A stretch of DNA of 61,897 nucleotides, filler included, from Choristocarpus tenellus KU-1152 (taxonomy: Eukaryota > Protista > Phaeophyceae), in assembly GCA_964200185.2 (NCBI GenBank). It is 10 parts of 10 records of this genome, joined end to end, with 100 filler letters (N's around TTAATTAATTAA, not from the genome) between each part and the next. Parts side by side here need not be neighbours in the genome. Positions count along the whole stretch, not along the records: positions 47,030 to 55,379 come from CAXNAD020004820.1; positions 55,480 to 58,303 come from CAXNAD020024431.1; positions 58,404 to 61,897 come from CAXNAD020019650.1; 7 more parts are not named here. The stretch is one strand, 5' to 3'. Below, piece after piece: positions 52,530 through 61,897 of the stretch (positions within the stretch are counted from its first letter, which is position 1; every line of letters starts with the position of its first letter). The notes below the pieces were generated by a model. It was given only the letters and a program-made list of their open reading frames with translations, had not been told where the DNA came from and made no database searches. The translations under genes and the position numbers were made by a program.

Positions 52530-53705
52530 TATGCAGTATTTTGTAGGCAAGTACATCTTTCACTATTTGCTCCAATATTACTGTACTTCTAGCCGTTAAC
52601 ACTCATGATAGGAAGAAAACGTGAGGATGACAGGGTTAGGGTTAAGGTTAGATGTGCTTTGTGTGCTATTTTCTTCACTTCTGACGCTGAGAAAACCAGA
52701 AGAAACCAACAGTACCTGTTTGGATATTAGTATAAATGTTAGTGCTTTCTTTGGAGTGTACTTGGGTTGGGTTACTTGAGAAGCTTTGTTCTACTTGCCA
52801 GCTTTACTGACAGGTTGAACATAAAGATACAATACATAGATAGTTGGAGCACAATTATTTCCGGTCTGCAGGTTAACATTCAACAAACTACTGTTTCAAA
52901 TAATAGCAAACGTCCAGGCACTCGTTCTTGGCAACGAGTACTATAATACCAAACCGAGGAGTAAGCACAGTAGTAGAAATCTCATTGACTATTTGAGAGA
53001 CCAATATCAGAATATGTATATATATATATACAATGGTTGGAATATCTCTGACGCCTCTCCCTGCTTCTGTGGAATATTGAAGCACACGTATACATCCCGA
53101 AGAGATAACTATTTTGTGTCAATATCAGTCAATAAGTCATGTTCTTACATAGGCTCTAAGCCACCACTCTCTGCCTGTAGAGCTCCAGCTATTATGTCAC
53201 ACATTTGTCTCCAAGTGGAGACCTTTCACATAGATAGTAGTATATGTTGGACCCATTAAGCTTATATATAACTTCGTTCACCCCTCACAGTACCCATGTG
53301 CTGACTACATGACACATAGACCTCATACATACCACCCACCGTCTGTTCTGTCCTGTAGCAAGGTCTATCTCCAACACCATTCCTTACTCGAATACCATCT
53401 TGAAGCATCGCAAAAGAAAGATAGAGGCAACTGTAGCTCTCCCAATTCATGAAACTGTGTCAGGTGTAACGGTACTATCAAATCAACCATGTACAGTACA
53501 CCGGTCCTCCCTCAACTCTAAGACCTATCACAGAATCACTCGCTAAGTATTCAGCATTTATAGGAGGTCATTACCACTTACAATGGTTCACCTCCAAAGG
53601 CAAAAAACTTATTGCATCTTAGGTGCGCAAAGTCCACGAGGCTAGAAATGCCCATTTCTCATTAAAACCTGAATCACACCATCATCAGCCAGTGTCTGAA
53701 CAACT

Positions 53706-54438
53706 CTAAGTGGTGCCTTCTTCTGCGGGCTGAACTTCCTTGAGGAGAACCTGGAAGGCTTCACACTTGGATGGGTCAATTCCGATTCCAGTAAGTTCTC
53801 CACCAAACGCCTCAGCATCCAAAGTAAGCTGAAACGTTGTACCATGTCCCAGATGGCACAAAAGCAATATTTGGGTCATCATCCCAGAGGTGGCGAATGT
53901 CCAACGAAGAAGAAGATAAGCCGAATTTACGCAAATGGGAGATGGAATGGATGCAAGTGGAATTATTGTTGCATTGTTGATTGGAACATGAGAGGATAGA
54001 TCGGTAAAAACCATTTGTAGCAGAATCAAGTCAATGCAGCATATACCTACCAGCAAGCATCAGCACACAAGACAGAAAAGTAACGAAACCACCGCAGTGG
54101 CAATGCAAACCTTGCTCATTATCCCATTCTTCCTCAACAATAGCAGCGTAGCAAGCAACACGACTTGCCCAGGCACAAGTACCAAACAATCCATCACTTC
54201 CCCAAGACTAATTTCTAAATCAGGGGTAATGTGTGTGGGGCAGGGCAGATGAGAGATCTGGGCGGGGGGATGGGGAATGAGGGTGGTGCAGAAAAGGACG
54301 TGTCTGACCTGCATCATTATCTTCTTCCGGTCAGAGGGACCCCCTGTGGATGACCGCCTGACCTTAGTCTTTCGTTTTTTGAGGGCATCTTCCATCTGGC
54401 GGAGAGTGAACAAGAGCTCTGATACTATCTCAACATAT
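53706..54438 (-). CDS. COG2: Conserved oligomeric Golgi complex subunit 2, last two exons
   Basis: Exons 54438-54309 and 53828-53706 give YVEIVSELLFTLRQMEDALKKRK..GGPSDRKKIMMQLTLDAEAFGGELTGIG, matching the COG2 C-terminal pattern VSDVL.SV.KMEESLKRLK..GMSDDDKIRLQL.LD. Confidence 0.8.
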
Positions 54439-54622
54439 CTTGCTCATCAGCAGACCAAAAACATCCAGGATAAACGTCGCACACGAACATGCATTCATCA
54501 ACAAGGGAAGAAGGGGGGAAAAATCAGTTCAAAAACGGCCTGAAAGGAGGTGATAACCAAGGATAGAGGCTCTACTGCATGCGCCTACAATGTCAGATAC
54601 AACCGGTAGGAAACAGTAAGAC

Positions 54623-54624
<2 letters not shown>

Positions 54625-54660
<36 letters not shown>
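54625..54660. repeat. (GA)n microsatellite
   Basis: Read directly. Confidence 0.95.
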
Positions 54661-54666
<6 letters not shown>

Positions 54667-56199
54667 CATACATGTGTAGACGGTGAGGTATCAAGGAGAA
54701 AGTAATCAATGTTTGCCTAATTGAGATGATGCCCGTGTTCGTGACTGAGAAGTGCATCAGTAGGCACCGTACATCAGGTCCTTCATATTGTTTCAGTGAC
54801 AATCTAAGAATACGAGTAGATACCGACACACAGAAAGGTTAGTCTTGCTCAATCGCTGCTTTCTGCACTCACCGCTCCTGTCAAGTCATCCAATAGACAC
54901 TGTCCACACCACCATGCACCAGACACACAATGAAAACAATCAACAGCATCTAATAGCTTCTTAGTACCACGTTTACTTTAAACTACTTTAAGGTATCTAG
55001 ACCAAATCAACCTCGACATCCAAGGCAAAGACACAAATACTTCATCTTCTAAGATGTATCACCCCACTCCCCAGAAGGCGCACATACCCTGTACCACCTA
55101 CACGCAACCGACACATCACCTTACTCTCCCCCCCTGCATACTCCTCAGCATGTTGTGCATTTGCTAAAGAGCGGTAACACAACATGGTACAAGGTATATC
55201 ATCTTCTCATCACCTCTTTTTCCACACCCTTTGCAACACATATCTCTATCAACAGCAGTTGGGTGATTCAAGGTATACCCTGTCCCTTACACTACTTCAT
55301 CACTATCTCATGGTGGGTGGGGGGGGGGGGGGGCATGGCGTGCATTCCCCCCACAGAGAAAAAAAATATAAAAAAAAGTNNNNNNNNNNNNNNNNNNNNN
55401 NNNNNNNNNNNNNNNNNNNNNNNTTAATTAATTAANNNNNNNNNNNNNNNNNNNNNNNNNNNNNNNNNNNNNNNNNNNNCAGATGAAATAAAGCAGCACC
55501 TCCATCCCTCAGTCCTCATTTCAATTCATTCCCTTCCGTACATACCATTCAAAAAGGGGCCCTAAAAAGGTTTTATGACACTTACAAAAAAAAACATATA
55601 TGGGCACTTTCCGCGCACCATTTCGGTCAAACCCATCCTCCATGAAATGATCCATCCGCCATTATCGTGATCCGCTGTTATATGAGTAGGCATGTGATAA
55701 GCAGCATAAATGGCTCTGGGCAAGGGGAAAGCATCACTTTGGTTTGGCTCTGTACTTCCCTGACTTCATCAGCAGTCACGGCAGACGGTAGTGTTCAACA
55801 TTTTCCCATCAAGATTGATAAAGTCGGTGGTCATTACGACAAAATAGGGTATGGGTGAAGGCACAGAGTCAATGAAGAAGTCAAATATAGACTCCACAAT
55901 CAAAGTTGATTATCAGGGGTGAAAGATACCAACCTTAAATTCTTAAGTGTAATGCAAGGACAAATGTGTAGTGTAGAACCATGGGTTTGCCATCAAGATT
56001 GTGTTCAATCTCAATAGCTGAACCTATCTATCATACTTTCATTTTGACAGGAGATCGTACGGTGATGCATATTGACAATGACATCATCAACTGTTGATGA
56101 TGTTCTTGAATACTATGGGATACATATCCTTGACTGCTTCAGGAAGACATCCCTGTGCCCCAAGCTGTTCTTGATCACATCCCATATTTGATTGAAATT

Positions 56200-56720
56200 A
56201 TCCCTCCTGACCTCAAAAATTGGATAGCAGTAGTACTTGTAGTATTTGGTGGAATCAAAAACAGACGTCATTAAGAACTATCAAATGCACATCTGTACAA
56301 TTAATATGACCAGAAAGTTGGTGACATACCTATTGTACCGGTTTGATGCCATTCCTTGACACAATAGCCAGGTGGGGGGTCAATTTCTGGAGCATAAAAA
56401 CCACATAGTCAAAGAAGGACCGACATAACCTATGGAATATAGCAAAAACACGGTTCCAGAGAGAACTAAAACCTCGAGTCTTCCACTTGGTCTGAAACTT
56501 AAAATAGGATTTTGTACCCCTTGATATACGTGAGTATTTTTTGCAATTTTCAGTACTGCGGAAGGTACAGAGCTCATGGCTTCACTTAATGGCTCTAGAG
56601 CCGAAATCTCAGCAGTACATATATATTGTTGGCATTACTTACTTGTAACTTCCACCAGTCCCTCCCTATTTGCTCTTAGCACAAACTGTTATTGATAGCT
56701 GCTACCTTGGGTCCCAAATC
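56200..56720 (-). mobile_element. Degraded Ty1/Copia RT C-terminus remnant
   Basis: Minus-strand GLVE (cf. LVGSL), KILTYIKG (cf. RILRYLKG) and SFFDYVVFM (cf. S.SGYV.M) in the expected order. Confidence 0.45.
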
Positions 56721-57659
56721 TATCTCGTTGGCAGTACTACTGATGGGCAAAATCAAAGTTTGTAAAACGCAAAGTGCAACACATATTTGCTAGGCACAGA
56801 CAGATATGCCTGTGTGAAGAATGAGGAGGAGGAGCATGCGTCAGCAATGAAATCCTCAACGTTGACACTGTGTAGCAACTCATTTGTCTTATCTTTCTTA
56901 CAGTATCAAAGATTTCCTTCTGTAGGAAATAGCTTATCACACCGTTACACTGTATAACAAAATGTATACATGAGGATCCACATTCCCAAACCGGATCATT
57001 ATCACACTCGAACATTTCAAAAACTGCAGCCAGTTGTACTATGCATGTGCTCATATGCCTATCCAGGCCATAGCAGTTGTAGTATTGTAGGTCATTTTCA
57101 CACACAAGCATCTACAGCAACACCACAAAGACACCGTAACACATGCCCCTTGCATCACACGATCGCATCTCAAGTAGGGGACTGGCATCATTTGCATGCC
57201 ATCAACCACCAGAGCCAATCGCACATTTGAATTAGATGTCACGAAAAGATATTGTGAGCGATATCTATCTGTTGTGTTAAAGCAACCTACGCACTTACCA
57301 AAATCCTTTTAGAGAGCATTTTTCCAATATACGAATTTCGGTATATTGAAAGACCAAGATTACAACAGAGCAATGGACTGGATAGTTACTTACAACTCAA
57401 TCAATCCACTGAAACTGTTGTGGCGTGAAATCTGGGCAGGTGAATGGAATCAACTAATTTAAGCATTCTACTACTTCAAGCAAAGTACTTCACAGTACAC
57501 TACGGATAATACATCTCTAAATACCCTATATTGACAATGATGCATCTGGCATGCTGTCAAGAAAAACGCCTTTTTCGTAATGCACGTTTTCTCCAAGAAG
57601 ACACCAGATTCACAAACAGCAAAGCTTCCCTCTCCTCGCTGATATTCTTGAACTACGCA

Positions 57660-57842
57660 TTATCTCTGACTATAACCACTATTCCGAGCACCACCATCAT
57701 TGCTTGAACTGTCGCCTCTATCCGACCCGGCCATTGTTGCAACACAGACTCTGCCCTGCTTAGTCCCATAAACACACCCCATTCCAGGCTCAGGGTGGAA
57801 GCAAGCGATATTGACATCATCTTCTGCCGTTAAAACCACATT
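57660..57842 (-). CDS. Terminal exon of an AMBRA1-like WD40/DCAF protein
   Basis: CAG|NVVLTAEDDVNIACFHPEPGMGCVYGTKQGRVCV...stop. Resembles the plant AMBRA1-like C-terminal motif AEDEVNVACFHP..GGGLVYGTKEG. Confidence 0.7.
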   Translation of the reverse strand, partial: NVVLTAEDDVNIACFHPEPGMGCVYGTKQGRVCVATMAGSDRGDSSSNDGGARNSGYSQR

Positions 57843-58234
57843 CTGTGACAGGGTTTGAGGTGACAGAAAGAGTGTAAGGGGCGTCAAAAAGGGGGTCATT
57901 CCCATGCGCCATACAAGTCACATAATATACAACAAAAAGCAAAACCAAGTCATTTGTATTTCAAGTGGTCTGAATTGGGTGTATGCAGGCAAAAACCACT
58001 CCACTGTGTCGGCAAAACAACAATCACCTCACAGCGTTTCGTAAAGGGTGGGGTGTATCAGGGTGGGGAAAAAAAGAGGTAGATTCCACAGATCCCTCAA
58101 ATCTCTCTAGTCTCCAATGTTCAATCCACTAAAACGCATTTCTTGCAGTATTAATAGTATCCTTTGCTTGCACAAGAACATGGAAGTTTGAGGTAGATTC
58201 CATCATGCACAAAGTTAAGGCCAGGAAAGCACAA

Positions 58235-58303
58235 GAGCCAAAGTATCTTAGAGGGTAGAGCCGCGTCCATTTGGGGGTAAAAATATAATGTTGTGATTTT
58301 GAT
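58235..58303. mobile_element. MITE family A end truncated by gap
   Basis: GAGCCAAAGTATCTTAGAGGGTAGAGCCGCGTCCATTTGGGGG. Confidence 0.85.
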
Positions 58304-58585
58304 NNNNNNNNNNNNNNNNNNNNNNNNNNNNNNNNNNNNNNNNNNNNTTAATTAATTAANNNNNNNNNNNNNNNNNNNNNNNNNNNNNNNNNNNNNNNNN
58401 NNNCTGTGGGTACCGAGCATTACAAAAACCTCGGTGGTGCTGTCCACCATGGACCTCGTGTGCCCCCCCCCCCACAAAGACGCACACAGAAATGATACAT
58501 TTTGGTCTCTGAAGTGCCGATGTGCTCTGTGGTGCTTTTACCACGCGCAGACGAAACGACCCATTCCCTCGGTTGACTTGCACAG

Positions 58586-59617
58586 GCTTCAGCTGTGATG
58601 TACTTCAAGCGGTTCTACCTCTCCAACAGCGTCCTTGAGCACGACCCGAAGCTGCTCATGTGAGGAGGGAGGAGACCGCACATTGTTTCCAAATCGATCC
58701 CGTTTGTGTTGTGTACTTGAACCGCCTCGTGCTGTGTGGGTTTGTGAAGTTGTGCCTGCCTTGTATGTTCCCTGCAGCAAGAAGTTCAGGGATCGAAATG
58801 GATAATATGTTGTTGTGTGAGCAGGAAAACCTTTGAACAAGGTGTTGTCTGTTTCCTATCACCCCCCCCCCCCCCCCCCCCCTGCCTCCCCCCATTTTTG
58901 GTTTGAAGTAGTTGTTTTGTTTCGGCCTGATGTGTTGTGATGTTGCGAGGCGCTATGTAAAGGTGGTGGAAGACAAAACTTGGATGGAGTCTGCTTGTTG
59001 AGATTTGCTTGCCTTTTCTACGTGATGTTGAGGTTGGAGTGTGGTTGTGAGTGCTACCTACCCCCTCTGTGAATAGCAGCCGGCACTATACCTCATTTGT
59101 CAGGGCATGTGGATAGCCTGCCCATTTTTTACCAACACCTGAGAGACATGTCTTGTCTTGTCCCTTCGGCGGTTGCATTTTCTTTCTTGTCCTGCTGCAT
59201 AGCAATTTATCTTTTGATGTGATGTTTTCCTTGGTGTTTATTCCAGAAACATGCCCTAACCCTTACCCTAACCCTTAACTCTGTGCTGAGTAGCACTACA
59301 GTTCTCTAATTCGTGAGCTTGAAACTAAAAAGGGGTCATCTGTATAGGAATGGGGTGATTTACAGGGGGTTTGAAGGCATTATATTTGATTACTTGTTGT
59401 CTTTGGGAAGATGCAAGACCCTTGACTTGGAGTCAGGGCTGCGGGGATTTGGATGTAGGTGTGCGGTGGGTATTCTCAAAAGGGCATGTTTTGAAGCACA
59501 GGACTAATGGAAGTGTTTTTGGAACAAATTGTATGGAGTGGACATGTCATGACTGGAATGATCATGTTTATGGGCTTCTGTACACCGCTCTACTCTTAAA
59601 GCGGCCCTGTGACCCAT

Positions 59618-59660
<43 letters not shown>

Positions 59661-61453
59661 TAGTTGTACACACACCTCCCAAATGTGCGTACAATAGGGA
59701 TCAATTTTTACCACACCTCAGCAGTTTGGAACCCTTTCTGAGGTGCATGTGAACTCTGAACTGAAAGACACTTATCCCACCTGTTCACAATATCTCTCCT
59801 CCATGGGGATGTAAGGTTGACATGTGTATTCCTAGCCAGCAAGACTGAGGAACAAATGACAAATGTCAGCTCCCTGTCCAAGGCAACTGGTTTGGATGAG
59901 CTTGCCATCCTCGCTGAGGAGCTTCCTCTACTGCAGGTGGAGTTAACTGGGGGGGGGGATGGGGAGGGGGGTCTGTGGTTGATGTTGTGTTGATAATCCC
60001 GGTGCTGTGGACAGGAACGGGGTCAGTGGATGGTGAAGTATGAAGTAACAGAAGCTGACAGATGTTGATGTATGCTGGGGTCTAGAGTACTCTTTCCATT
60101 GAGGCCCCCACTATCAGAGAGATTGTAACTGTAGTGCTTGAATTTGATAGCTAAGGATCAATCAAGCCATAGTCTCCACCCAGGCCCCTGGCCTAACTGG
60201 GTGTATTTCTTGGATAGAGGCCACAGAGTTTGACCTTGCGTTGGAGCGACCATGATGCTTCGGGTCAGGGTGGGGCAAATTTTCATTATAGTTTTTCAAT
60301 TTTTTCCTAACTTTGCAAATAATATCAATACTGCCTGCTCCCATGGAACTCCATACAGTGAAGGTGCTGCATGTGCAGTAAAAAGTAAGTCTAATTATAT
60401 ATAGATACATATAGCACATAGAGAGGAATGTACCGGAGTTCCTTTTGACAAAACCTCTCTCTCTATTCCTGTTGTGCATACCTGCTGTTTCGTCTTTCGT
60501 TTTTTTTAAATAGGGGTTGAATTTCCACCTGGCGGTGTTCCACCCCTATCGGGCGGTACCAGCACTGGTAGAAGGTGCAAGGCTGGCGGCTAAGGAGGCG
60601 ACAGGAGTGTCACCTCCTGCTGATCTTGTGAAGGAGCTCCATGATAGGTCCAGGCAAGCCCTGGATGATGTTCTGGTGGGTAGGTATTTGTTTACTTTAA
60701 TCTTTATTTTTTTCCTTGTAGTAGTTGGCTGCTCCAGTGCTAAGTGGCATTGTCCCTGCTGCTCTATGTGTGGGTGTTGGTTGGTACGTGTCTATATATT
60801 GGTGTGTCACTCTTGAGTGAACGTTTCGCCAGTTTCACTGTTGTAACAGCTTTTTGCTGTTTTTTGGGTGGGGGTTGATTGTTGAGGGTTTCTCAGGTGA
60901 CAGAGCTTCCCCTGCTGCATGCACCATCCCCATTGGCATTGGCTGTGGTGATGCAAGAAGGTGAGAGGGTGCATACTACTTTGTACAATTAATGCAATAA
61001 GCATATTTTGTTCTGGTAAAATGCTCCCGAGATCTCTCTGCTTTCGCGCACTCCTCCTCCTCCATCAGTCTGGAACCCCCCACCTGCCTTTAGCTGAAAG
61101 GTCAAGGTGTAGCTCTACATACAGTTCCATCAAGAGCTATGGCTTTGCTGTCAGTCGTCAGGTAGAGAAACAGCCCATGGAGACACCCACACCCTTTCCA
61201 GTGCTTCCACAATATCCCCACCACTACCACCACCCCACACCCCCTCCTATCTCTCAGGTAAGCCCTCCCTCTCCCCTCTCCCCTCTCCCACCCTCTTAAC
61301 ACATCATGTGTATTGGCTTCATAAGGGGCAAGAATGGAGAAACCACCCTTTGATGTGATGTCGGTATTGGAGGGCCAATTTCGGGGGGGAGAGGGATGGT
61401 CTGCTCTTGTGAAGGAGGTGGCAGTGATCCGAGAAGAGTTGGACAAGAACCTG
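58586..61453 (+). CDS. CCNH: Cyclin H (CAK/TFIIH subunit), internal exons
   Basis: Phase-consistent exons 58586-58659, 59816-59936, 60514-60675, 60897-60960 and 61326-61453. Product: [69 protein letters not shown]. Confidence 0.9.
59619..59659. repeat. (AC)n microsatellite in cyclin H intron
   Basis: Read directly. Confidence 0.95.
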
Positions 61454-61897
61454 GTGCGTGGTTGAGTCAAAAAGAAAACTCTTGTCAGTTTTGATGGTTG
61501 TTTTTTGGCTGTTAGGAGTTAGATGACAGGCATTGTGGGCGAGTGGCAAAGTGCCTGGGTATGGAGGCTTCTTGACACACAAGTGATCTGAGAATTGGCG
61601 GGGGCAGGGAGTGGGGAGGTATTAGAGTAGTCAGTAGTCCAGTTTTGACTTCATTTTAGCGTGATGGTGGTTCTGCTGGTTCACATTAGATTCACTAGTC
61701 TGAAGCATCTGTGTTGTTTATGTCCGTTTTGACTTTTTGTGGGGTGAGGCGAGAGCAGTGGATAAGCTTAGGTACCAGAACTGTGAACTTGCATTACAGC
61801 AGGTATAGTAGTGTTGGCAAATTTGAGCTGGAAGCTGAAACCGCTATGGGTAGGTGATGCAATGTATGTGAAGGGGGTGATAGCTAGGGAGAGGGGG

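Noticed and set aside
61069-61160. Extra cyclin H exon suggested by ORF 60961..61299
   Set aside because: The phase is incompatible; exon 60897-60960 splices in frame directly to 61326.

Overview
Eukaryotic, intron-rich and transposon-rich genomic DNA, most likely from a brown alga or close stramenopile relative. This assignment is inference from gene style, RTE-type LINE remnants and TTAGGG tracts. The window consists of ten contigs joined by nine identical artificial 100-bp linkers (N44-TTAATTAATTAA-N44), so adjacency across the gaps is probably not biological. Spliced host genes, nearly all truncated by contig ends: a VPS13-like gene carrying a C2 domain (-), an uncharacterised gene with long introns (-), casein kinase II alpha (+), the 3' end of COG2 (-), the last exon of an AMBRA1-like WD40 protein (-) and cyclin H (+). 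There is also a probable intronless DIS3/RRP44 PIN-domain pseudogene. The rest is mostly TE debris: Copia, Gypsy and RTE-LINE remnants; two sister MITE families with GAG...CTC termini and 3-bp A-initiated target-site duplications (TSDs); and a plant-type (CTCCCTCC-TIR) mariner split by a 1.1-kb solo-LTR-like insertion with a 5-bp TSD. I found no convincing new multi-gene system. The best leads are the MITE pair, the VPS13-C2 architecture, the unknown long-intron gene and the recurrent intronic telomere-like tracts. All homology calls rest on motif recognition by eye, not database searches.
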